DNA from: a virus | Lineage: Duplodnaviria > Caudoviricetes | Virus record (IMG/VR): IMGVR_UViG_3300046167_000321 | Location: 1-53,379 of that record | Direction: 5' to 3' (one strand) | DNA: 53,379 bases | Part shown: positions 36,949-45,648 of the stretch, piece after piece | Numbering within the stretch: position 1 is the first letter of the stretch | How the letters are laid out: each line of letters starts with the position of its first letter | The notes under the pieces: model-generated | Databases searched by the model: none | What the model was told of the DNA's origin: nothing | The model's input: the letters and a program-made list of their open reading frames with translations, nothing else | Made by a program: the position numbers and the translations under genes

Positions 36949-37637
36949 TAAAAGTTGACCCTCGTATCAAGCACATTTTGGTACTTGTTTATCAAGACGG
37001 TCTGCATCTCTTTAATGCCGAGCATATATTGGGCCATAGCAACATTAGCTGCTTCTGTGTTATCACGGAACATATACATATGGTACATGCCACCATCGAT
37101 AATAACGTGATCGTAAATCGTAGGAACTCGGGTTTCATCCGTGGTTGCCTGTAGATTTGAATGAGTGATGAAATATCTGAATTTTATTGTGTAGGCTTTG
37201 TCGGGAGAAGGCGTTACGCCATACCCGTTACCATGACTTGGGAATACATAATCTGGAATGGACACGCCACTTGACCCTGCATCTTGGTCTGCGGATCTAA
37301 AACTTCTGTAGTAATGATCACGCTCGATAAACTGTAATGCTTTAGTGTTAGTTCCTACAGCAGCATCCTTTTGGATCTGGAAGGAATTCCACTCTGCGCT
37401 TTTAAAGAAGTCTGGCCAGCTATATTCCTCAACGCCCTGAATAAGCACTTGTGTGTTTTCAGCAGCGTTAAATGGCCACTCAAATTCTGCTGAGTTAATT
37501 TTGGCAATAGATGCCCTGATAGCATCCTTGGCCAATGCCTGTACTCCACGGGCACCTACAAAGTCTGCTTCCGCCAGCTCAACTTCATTGAGTCTGCGGA
37601 GTAAGGTATTCGTCAGGTTGATAAATGTAGTAGGCAT
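36948..37637 (-). CDS. Tail adaptor / tubular protein A
   Basis: L.N..L.RLNEV, EWPF, P.PDKAY; directly after capsid gene. Confidence 0.75.
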   Translation of the reverse strand: MPTTFINLTNTLLRRLNEVELAEADFVGARGVQALAKDAIRASIAKINSAEFEWPFNAAENTQVLIQGVEEYSWPDFFKSAEWNSFQIQKDAAVGTNTKALQFIERDHYYRSFRSADQDAGSSGVSIPDYVFPSHGNGYGVTPSPDKAYTIKFRYFITHSNLQATTDETRVPTIYDHVIIDGGMYHMYMFRDNTEAANVAMAQYMLGIKEMQTVLINKYQNVLDTRVNF

Positions 37638-37691
37638 ATGTAACCCTAATCAAAGTTTATGGGGGACCGTTAAGCCCCCCACAATATCTAG

Positions 37692-38756
37692 TTATGCAGC
37701 GTTATATACTGCGGTCATGATAGCTTCAGGGCGCAATATCTTGCGACCATATAATTGCATGCCCCTGACCTGATCACTAAATGTAGTTGGTGAACGGAAT
37801 GTTTCCGTTTTTGCCAACTGCTGTGCAGATGCGATAGATGAGTCATGTCCAGCAACAATCACGCCGAAGTTCGTTTCAGAACCCGCTGCCGCATTTGTGT
37901 CTGGTCCAGTGCCCAAGTAAGGCAAGTTGTTGGATTTGTAGACACGCAGACCACGGAGTACACCGCTGCCCATGCGACCATTCCGCAACTCATCTCCGCC
38001 ACCGAAGTCAGCGTTAATGAATTTGGAATCTTCGTCCATCAACATTTCTACAAACACAGGATCTACTACAACCCAGCGACCATCTTGGTCTACGTTTGCT
38101 TGATCCATCTTACGTGCGATACGGTTCAACAACGCCAAAGGTGAAGTGATAGCGCCAGCGCCACCTCCTGCTGCCATTGGAATTGATGTAACTTCACCAA
38201 CATTACCTAAATCAGATCCACCAAATTCTGTAATATTCAGTGAGTTTGCTGCAAGCAATTCATCATTACCTGCGCCTGAGTTGGCTTTAGTGCCGTTAGT
38301 ATCACCGGAAGCTGAACGCCGTGCCCATGATCCTGCGCCACCTTTCCAGCCTGACAAGTAACCCAATACTTCTGAGTCAAATGTATCAGCTAGACGATAA
38401 GCTGCACGGTCTGTTGCCAGATCCATGAAGTTAACGTGGCTGTGTGCCGCTTCGATATCATCGATTGCAAACTGGAAGTAGTTCGCTTGATCGACAACCA
38501 TTGTGAAGTCGGCGTCTGCGAGATCTTGAGTAGCCAGAGTTGTACCACGCTCATATGTTGAGACTGTGATTTCAGGCTCCTTAATAATTCTCACACTGTC
38601 GCCAAATTGGCTGATCTCACCTGTGTAATCAGTATTAGTGATGTCTTCACAGACGGAAGTTTTGCGGAATTCCTTCATCACTTTTTGACTGTAAATTACA
38701 GGTGAGAAGTTTCCGTTTGGTAGGTTGGTATACCCACTTGCTTTTGCGAATGCCAT
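37692..38756 (-). CDS. Major capsid protein
   Basis: NLPNGNFSPVIYSQKV, ITN.DY.GEI...GD.V.IIKEP, D.VRG..LYGRKILRPEA. Confidence 0.92.
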   Translation of the reverse strand: MAFAKASGYTNLPNGNFSPVIYSQKVMKEFRKTSVCEDITNTDYTGEISQFGDSVRIIKEPEITVSTYERGTTLATQDLADADFTMVVDQANYFQFAIDDIEAAHSHVNFMDLATDRAAYRLADTFDSEVLGYLSGWKGGAGSWARRSASGDTNGTKANSGAGNDELLAANSLNITEFGGSDLGNVGEVTSIPMAAGGGAGAITSPLALLNRIARKMDQANVDQDGRWVVVDPVFVEMLMDEDSKFINADFGGGDELRNGRMGSGVLRGLRVYKSNNLPYLGTGPDTNAAAGSETNFGVIVAGHDSSIASAQQLAKTETFRSPTTFSDQVRGMQLYGRKILRPEAIMTAVYNAA

Positions 38757-38967
38757 TGTATTTCTCCTTGTGAAATGGCGGCCCCGAGGGGCTGGTCAGA
38801 TCAGAAGAGAGCTATTAAGTGGCAGTAAGGTACCGAGGGTGCGTATACACTGCCGTATATACGGGCCTCACCTAACTGGTGGACTAATCGTCTATATTCT
38901 TCTGGGGGGATCAAACAAACTAAGTAGCTTCTAGGAAGGGTCAGTTTGTGTTTTGTTTGATGCTTCT

Positions 38968-38996
38968 GTTATACCATCATTAAGTGCTTTTTGCAA
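38968..38996 (-). promoter_or_regulatory. sigma70-type promoter ~200 nt upstream of capsid gene
   Basis: TTGCAA-17-TATAAC; spacer contains GCACTTAA, upstream CACCTAA. Confidence 0.65.
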
Positions 38997-39007
38997 CACT
39001 TAGGTGG

Positions 39008-39781
39008 TTAACGTGCGGCACCAGACATATCGTATTCGAACTCGCCACGCTTGATTGATTCAAGAATAGCGTCTTCATTCTTCTCGAACTCTGCTGATGA
39101 CATTGCATCAACTTGGCTTTCTTTAAATCTTGCCCGAGTTCCGCTGTTAGGTGCTGCAGACGAGGAACGTCCTACTGATGCTGCTGCACTCTTATTAACA
39201 CCCTTCTTGCCGAGATCTGCTTTGAATAGATCAATAGCACGAGCTGCTGCATGAGGGTCATTAACATTCTTATATAATGCATCCTGAATATACTTAGGCT
39301 GTACTTTAGCCCACTTATGGAATGCTGGGTTAGCTCGAATCTTATCGAAGTCAGGATGTGCCTGACGCAATAGTGTTTCTGCTTTACCTCGGGTGATTTC
39401 GCTTTCCAACTTTTTCAAGTTTTCCATCTTCTTTTCACCCATCGCCAGAGCCTCTAATGAACGCTTCTGTGCGATTGTATCGATGATGTTTGCCACATCA
39501 GGATACTTGCGTACCCACTCCGCTACTTCTTTCTGTGAAGTTGGGAATCGAATCTGTTGTTTAGTTGCTGCAGCAAGCTGTTGCTTCATCTGCTGAACTT
39601 CACGATCTTTCTCGGACATCTGCATTTGAGTATGCCGCCGTAGATCTCCATATCGTTTCTGCCAGCTTTCATCGTCGCCTGATACAGATTGAGGAGAAGG
39701 CTGTTGTTCTGCCATCTCTTCTGAATACGGTTTTTCTTCTGCGCCGAGTTCTTCTCGGTACGCACCTTGATATTTAGCCAT
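39008..39781 (-). CDS. Capsid scaffolding protein
   Basis: KRYGDLRRH, HPDF..I, C-terminal MS..EFEK....I...G.F.YD.SG.AR; upstream of MCP. Confidence 0.8.
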   Translation of the reverse strand: MAKYQGAYREELGAEEKPYSEEMAEQQPSPQSVSGDDESWQKRYGDLRRHTQMQMSEKDREVQQMKQQLAAATKQQIRFPTSQKEVAEWVRKYPDVANIIDTIAQKRSLEALAMGEKKMENLKKLESEITRGKAETLLRQAHPDFDKIRANPAFHKWAKVQPKYIQDALYKNVNDPHAAARAIDLFKADLGKKGVNKSAAASVGRSSSAAPNSGTRARFKESQVDAMSSAEFEKNEDAILESIKRGEFEYDMSGAAR

Positions 39782-39857
39782 TTCTGGGTTCCTTCTGGGG
39801 GCCGAAAGTAGCCGAGTCTAGCTCGGGGTTTGCGGGTAGCCCTTCCCACGCAAAGGG

Positions 39858-42800
39858 TTATCGGATGAAGGCAACTTTCGGCGTAGACTTAAATGCGTAG
39901 CTAACCGTTGTAGCTTCCTCATCTTCGTCTTCGTCTAAGACTTCTTCTTCCGTGTCCACCGTAGCAACTTCTACATCATTGCCTTCCGGTGTCTCATATT
40001 CTTCTTCCCCTTGTTCTTCCTCTTCCTCATACTCTTCACCAGTGCCTTCGGTGTCGTGTAACTGCCCCATCATATCCATAGACATTAGGCCAGATTTAGC
40101 TTCAACCATCATATCCTGAATGTGCTTTAGTCCATGCCAGCGCACTACATCTGCAGGTAACACATATTCACCTTCAGACAGTAAGGCTGAGATATCATCT
40201 GATACTTCTTCAGGTAGTGAACCTACTGGAACAGGATTTCCTGTCTCCTCTTCGGTGTCATAATATGACCCGGGCATCATACCTTCTTCGTATGACTCAG
40301 ACATCATACCTTCGCCGCCACATGATCCATCACAGTCGCCTTCACAGCCGCAAGGCATTCCACCGTGATATGCTTTCATAGGTTCGTCATCTTTAATTGC
40401 TTTTTGCACGGCCTCGCCCCTCGCTTGTTCGTAACTGCTAAGTTTACCATCGTTGTTTAAATCTGCTTTAGCCCTATCCAGACGAAACTTTTCGTCAGCC
40501 ATAGATTGGCCTTCTATGGACATGATGCCCTTCTCACTCTCGGAATTATCTAGGAACCCACCACGAGCAAGTTGTGGTTGATCTTCTCCGTCACTCATAA
40601 GCCCAGCGCCTGTGGCTGCACCAAATAAGGACAGAACTGGTATTTCCTTGTTTAAGAGCTTTTTAAACACGCTCTCCTTGCTCTCATTCATAGCCTGTGC
40701 AGTTACGTCAATGCGCTCATCGAGTAGACGGGCTACAGACTTCAGCTCTGAGGCTAGTCCTGTACTGTCTCCAGATCCAAACCAACCCATAGATTGTGCT
40801 TCAGCAGGAGATACACCTAGCTTCTCAGCAGTTAGGCGGTAGATGTCTGAGAATACTGCATACTCTACCTGTTTACTCTGCCCTTTGGTTGTCTGGGATT
40901 TTATTGAGTCATCAATCATAGTTGCAGGATTTAATGATAGAGGATCAGCTTTATACTGATCTCTATACTTTGCTTTAATAAAATCAATCGGAATGCTTCC
41001 CGGTTCAATCTCATTCATTGCGTCTAAAGCCCCACGCACAGCATGAGTATCAACCGTGACACCATCTAAGTTACCGTACACATTTTCAGCAAACGTAGCG
41101 GGTTTAGGGTTGGTATCTGGGTTTATTCCACCAGCATCCACATCCTCTTTTAACTTTCTGTGAATACCATCTGAAACTAATGGCTTAACTACACCATCCT
41201 TTTCAACGAGATCGCCCTTGCGGCCAATCATCATGGGGTATCCCCGCTCATTGATGCCTGTACCGCCGGGGCCTACAATGTCATCTAAATCTAGTCCTAG
41301 CTGACGCTTGGTCATTACCAAGGTAGCATTGCGGATGTTCTGTGCAGTTTCTGTACGTGGGCTAGTTGCAGCGTAAGCCTCTGCAAACTCCTTCATCCAA
41401 TCGTATATTTCTTCCTTCTTGAAACCCATAGACATGGCTTTGTCTACAATCGGACCTGTGTGGTAAAAGTATTGTGCCTCAGTCCCTAACCAAGGCCTCA
41501 TACGCTCTGCTAGGCGGTCTGCTATCTTGTCCATAGCCTCGCTTACTGGGCGTCCACGATCATTTCCGGGTAAAGGTTTGTTAGTACCAGCATCCTGTCG
41601 GGGTACATATGTTTGTTTTTGGTCAGGAAGCGTTTTAGTGTAACTTTCGGGGGACAAATCAAACAACGGATTCTCACCACTAGGCTGAATACGGTCTGCT
41701 GTAGATAAATCCATCTGAGCCGCACGAATATCTAATACGGCCTGTGCAGCAGAAGAATCGGTTTGAGGTGTGTCAGATTGTGAGTATGGGACACGAGGCA
41801 TATCAGAACCAAACTTACCCGCAGCCGAGTTTATTGCCTCTACCTCTGCATCGTCTAATACACGATTAACTTTTATGTTTCCGCTAATTAACCATTCCCC
41901 GGTCATATTGGGGTTAGTCTTATATCTGTAGTACCCGCCAAAAGGTATTTCATCAGTAATATGTGCGGTCTTAGCTTCAGGCTGACCGTTCTTCATAATA
42001 CGAGCGTTAGCATCAGCCTTCTTCTGCCAATCCACACCCGCTGGCATCTCTACTTCAGCCCATACAGTATCCTCTGCACGTAAACGCTCAAAGTATTCTA
42101 CTTCGCCAGTTTTGCTGTTTTTCTTACTAAAGATATTGTTAGCACCATCAGCTTCGAGTTTCTTAGCTTGTTCTGCTGTAATCTTATGAGTAGGCCCAAT
42201 ATGTGTAGCAATAGGAAGATCCCCTGCATGCCAGCCCGGACGGAATGCCAAGTCACCAATAGAGGATTTAACTTTACCTGTTTTAGCGTTTAAATCACCC
42301 GCAACAGCTTCAATCCAGTTTCCCGGTTTAATTCCTGTCTTTGCATCTACATACAAAGGAAACAACTCTCCGGGGCGGTTAGGATCTATACGAAATAACT
42401 TATATGCAGTTACCGTATTGTTGTAATTCATGTTGGTTGTTTTAGGGGTAAGGGTAAGCTCTTCAGTTAGCGTATCCACAGCTTCATCTGTGGCATCGTC
42501 TACTGTATTAGGCTTTAGCCTCAGATTGCCACCACTCATACCCACAGTGTTAGGGTCTACTTCTATTCGTTTAGCTAACTCGTATAAGCTACCTGCACCC
42601 GCTTTAAGTGGTTTTATAACTGCCTTTGTAAGTGGAATTGCTTCTGCAACATTGAGAATACCCTCACCTACTGCAAGTCCCATCCCAAGTTTGTCATCGT
42701 TTCCTTTGGCAATCCTGAAGTCTCGCTTCGCTTCCTGCGTTCCGAATCCAGCACCAGCAGGAGTGAAATCTAGTAGACCTATACCACCATTATCCCATGA

Positions 42801-43316
42801 CGCATTTTCGTTTCCGGTAAACTTTTCGGCTAACTTATTAGCGTTGTAGTTCTCAACACCGAATGTATCCTGAAAGAAATCAGATATCGCATACTTGGTT
42901 TTTTCTCGCCATGTCGGAATGTAGTTAGATAGCTCTGCTGTGTTCTCATCTTCAGGAAATGGTAATCCACTATCCCTAGACCAGTAGCTTTCGTCCAAAA
43001 GAGATGCATTGAACATATTGTCACTACGCCACTGAGCGTATTTGTCAGCTTCTTCAGTCGATTCAAATACAGGTAACTTCTCGCCTGAGTATGGATCTAC
43101 ATTACCGTTGTTCTTGTACCAATCAGTTAGGTATTCCCGATCATAGGGATCTCCTGTTTCTGGATTAATGGTAGGCATAACCATGAAACCTTCGCCCAGA
43201 GGTATTGTTTCAGTAACCTCTGAATAACTTTCGCCTGTCTCATCGTCAGTAAATACAGGTTTACCAAATACGGTAATGCCCTGTTCAACTAAGTAAGGAT
43301 TATCCTCAACTGCCAT
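39858..43316 (-). CDS. Large polyvalent head-module protein (ART-like and HhH-glycosylase-like domains; conserved DDI.A.LSEGEYV.PADVVR C-terminus)
   Basis: AYKLF...RPGWH...WAEVE; AATSP...PK..TF..N...VTVDTHAVR...A..LG.SPA..Q...W. Confidence 0.7.
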   Translation of the reverse strand: MAVEDNPYLVEQGITVFGKPVFTDDETGESYSEVTETIPLGEGFMVMPTINPETGDPYDREYLTDWYKNNGNVDPYSGEKLPVFESTEEADKYAQWRSDNMFNASLLDESYWSRDSGLPFPEDENTAELSNYIPTWREKTKYAISDFFQDTFGVENYNANKLAEKFTGNENASWDNGGIGLLDFTPAGAGFGTQEAKRDFRIAKGNDDKLGMGLAVGEGILNVAEAIPLTKAVIKPLKAGAGSLYELAKRIEVDPNTVGMSGGNLRLKPNTVDDATDEAVDTLTEELTLTPKTTNMNYNNTVTAYKLFRIDPNRPGELFPLYVDAKTGIKPGNWIEAVAGDLNAKTGKVKSSIGDLAFRPGWHAGDLPIATHIGPTHKITAEQAKKLEADGANNIFSKKNSKTGEVEYFERLRAEDTVWAEVEMPAGVDWQKKADANARIMKNGQPEAKTAHITDEIPFGGYYRYKTNPNMTGEWLISGNIKVNRVLDDAEVEAINSAAGKFGSDMPRVPYSQSDTPQTDSSAAQAVLDIRAAQMDLSTADRIQPSGENPLFDLSPESYTKTLPDQKQTYVPRQDAGTNKPLPGNDRGRPVSEAMDKIADRLAERMRPWLGTEAQYFYHTGPIVDKAMSMGFKKEEIYDWMKEFAEAYAATSPRTETAQNIRNATLVMTKRQLGLDLDDIVGPGGTGINERGYPMMIGRKGDLVEKDGVVKPLVSDGIHRKLKEDVDAGGINPDTNPKPATFAENVYGNLDGVTVDTHAVRGALDAMNEIEPGSIPIDFIKAKYRDQYKADPLSLNPATMIDDSIKSQTTKGQSKQVEYAVFSDIYRLTAEKLGVSPAEAQSMGWFGSGDSTGLASELKSVARLLDERIDVTAQAMNESKESVFKKLLNKEIPVLSLFGAATGAGLMSDGEDQPQLARGGFLDNSESEKGIMSIEGQSMADEKFRLDRAKADLNNDGKLSSYEQARGEAVQKAIKDDEPMKAYHGGMPCGCEGDCDGSCGGEGMMSESYEEGMMPGSYYDTEEETGNPVPVGSLPEEVSDDISALLSEGEYVLPADVVRWHGLKHIQDMMVEAKSGLMSMDMMGQLHDTEGTGEEYEEEEEQGEEEYETPEGNDVEVATVDTEEEVLDEDEDEEATTVSYAFKSTPKVAFIR

Positions 43317-43317
43317 A

Positions 43318-43533
43318 CTATTCAGCTTCCTTCATTACTTCTTCACGAAGAGTTTTGAACCTTTTGAGTTCTTGGATGGAACCTTGTATCTGACGTACAC
43401 GATCCATATCCTTTGCAGTTTCTAACTGACCACGAAGTATATCTATGCGATTACCAACATATTCATGTAGTAAATCCATATGAGGCTTATCGTTAACCAT
43501 GATAAGCAATCGTCGGTAAAACAGTTTATCCAT
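43318..43533 (-). CDS. Small conserved protein after portal
   Basis: R.QG....L..LR helix; position. Confidence 0.7.
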   Translation of the reverse strand: MDKLFYRRLLIMVNDKPHMDLLHEYVGNRIDILRGQLETAKDMDRVRQIQGSIQELKRFKTLREEVMKEAE

Positions 43534-45645
43534 CTATTGTGCGGGACCTTGTGGTGCTTGAGGTGGCGGATTGCCACCATTGTCTCCACCACCAGCTCCA
43601 GTGAATCCCGGTGCTCCCGGTTCTGGTGCATTACCCGGTACTGCCTGACCTCCGCCGTTATTGGTAGGATCAGGAGCCTGTGGTTGGCCCTGTGGTGCGG
43701 CTTGTTGTGGCATTAGAGCTGCCATCTCAGCCATTAGTTTAGCTTGTACCATAGCTTCTCGAGGATCATTCATGATGTAATCTTCATCAAGATCCATAGA
43801 AGCCGCTATTTCTTTTAGAACGTAATCAAACTTAATGAATGGTGCCATTGCCGGGTTACCAGACAACTGCATAAACTGAATAAGTCGTTGTGACCTAATT
43901 TCGTTACGCATTAGGCTTTCAGTGCCACGAGCAACCACATCTAAGTCACCCTGAAGGTCTTCGTTGTAGTTGAACTGCATGTTAAATGCGAAGAGTGATT
44001 TACCCAAAGGAGCAAGAAGGTAATCATCGATGTTCTTAACCACGGACTTAATGCCTTGTGCGGCTGCGCCCATGAGCATCGACATACCAGAAGCTGTTCT
44101 ACCCACACCCGTAACTCCAGTAGAGCCGTGAGCAAACGAAGGCATACCTGTGCTTTCATCCGATAGCTGTCGAGCCTTATCAAACATCATGATTAACTCT
44201 TGGCTTACGTTAGGGAACTTGGTGCCAAAAATCGCCTGTCCGGGTGCGCCAGCCTGTCTCCGAAACACTTTGCCGGGGTAAATGGACATATCTTGTCCCG
44301 GGACCAAATTCGTCTCATCAACTTCAACTAGAAGGTTGCCTGATAGCGCAGCGTTGTCCACTGCCATCCGCATAAAACCGTTCATGAGAAGCTGCGTGTC
44401 TTCCATGTTCTCTGCAACGCCGATTCCGAAAAATCCGTAGGGATTAAGCTCGAATGGTACTGCAGAATAAGGAATACGAGTAGGAGTAAATGGGTTCATC
44501 ACTAAGCGCAGGATCTGTCCGTTACAAATCCAAGCATTTACGTGTATTTCGTCACGATCACTTAGTTCATCCGGTATATCTAGGTCTGCTGCTTCGGCTG
44601 TCTCGCTATCAACAACACCCCAGTATTCTAGTACCTCAAAACGCTCAATATCTGATTGTGTTTGGTTATCTTCTAAGATTTCTTCCCAATACTGCTGGGT
44701 ATAGTCTGCGCCAAACTCAATCGCTAGTTCAATGCTTTCCTCACGGAAGAATGGGCGGTTTTTAAGCGCACGTATTTGTGTACGGCTCATTCTGTGACGT
44801 TGAACAACATACTCAGCATCATGCATGCTACGTGCATCAGGATCTGGGTACATATTCCAGATAGAGACGGATTCTACCTTTGGAATAGTCTTAAATGTAG
44901 GATCATACTCGCCTTTGTCGTTCCAGCGAGGGTATTCTTTGTCTGCTGCAAACGGACCCTTTAGAATACCTGTACCAAACAGAGAACACTCGAATGCTAC
45001 AGAGCGTAAGTGCTTATCAGCGTCAGATTCCTCGAGCTGATCATGTATCATGCCTTCCATAAGTCGTGCAGACTTCTTGGCAGGTTCAAATGTAGCAGAC
45101 GTAGGTGTAGCACCCGGCCCATCTTGCAAAGAATCCTTAACTGGATCTAGCCTGTCTTTATATGGACCTGCCTGTTCCAATAACTCGGGGCGAGGACTAA
45201 TAGGACGTAGAGGTGATTTACCATCTGGACCAGTTTGTGTCTGTGCCTCAAAGTGCATGGACTTAACAGCCCCTTCGGGATACCGAGATGCCTCAATACC
45301 AATAGGAAACTTGCTGCCAGCAAAGAGTACGTCAGTAACCTGTGCATAAGCAGCCAAAACCTTGGTCTTCGTAATTTTAATAAATGCTTTGGACTTCTCT
45401 GTGTCCGTAAATTGTACTTCTGGGCCATATATACCACGGTAATTGCGGTAGGCCATTAGCCATCGATCTTCGTCGGATTCACGTCTTGTTTTAGAACGCT
45501 CGTAGCGTTCCCGGACATGAGCAACCAGACCAGAAAACTCGATGTTTTCTTCTTCTACGTTACCATCTTCTTCCAGAGCCACAACATTAGTATTTTCTGT
45601 AGGTGTATCTGGTGAGATATCTTCCGGTCTAGTCATTAAAGCCAT
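43534..45645 (-). CDS. Portal protein
   Basis: W..AYRNYRG.Y, F.K.TKTKVLAAY, GTG.LKGP, YPDP.A, TASGMSMLM. Confidence 0.9.
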   Translation of the reverse strand: MALMTRPEDISPDTPTENTNVVALEEDGNVEEENIEFSGLVAHVRERYERSKTRRESDEDRWLMAYRNYRGIYGPEVQFTDTEKSKAFIKITKTKVLAAYAQVTDVLFAGSKFPIGIEASRYPEGAVKSMHFEAQTQTGPDGKSPLRPISPRPELLEQAGPYKDRLDPVKDSLQDGPGATPTSATFEPAKKSARLMEGMIHDQLEESDADKHLRSVAFECSLFGTGILKGPFAADKEYPRWNDKGEYDPTFKTIPKVESVSIWNMYPDPDARSMHDAEYVVQRHRMSRTQIRALKNRPFFREESIELAIEFGADYTQQYWEEILEDNQTQSDIERFEVLEYWGVVDSETAEAADLDIPDELSDRDEIHVNAWICNGQILRLVMNPFTPTRIPYSAVPFELNPYGFFGIGVAENMEDTQLLMNGFMRMAVDNAALSGNLLVEVDETNLVPGQDMSIYPGKVFRRQAGAPGQAIFGTKFPNVSQELIMMFDKARQLSDESTGMPSFAHGSTGVTGVGRTASGMSMLMGAAAQGIKSVVKNIDDYLLAPLGKSLFAFNMQFNYNEDLQGDLDVVARGTESLMRNEIRSQRLIQFMQLSGNPAMAPFIKFDYVLKEIAASMDLDEDYIMNDPREAMVQAKLMAEMAALMPQQAAPQGQPQAPDPTNNGGGQAVPGNAPEPGAPGFTGAGGGDNGGNPPPQAPQGPAQ

Positions 45646-45648
45646 ATT

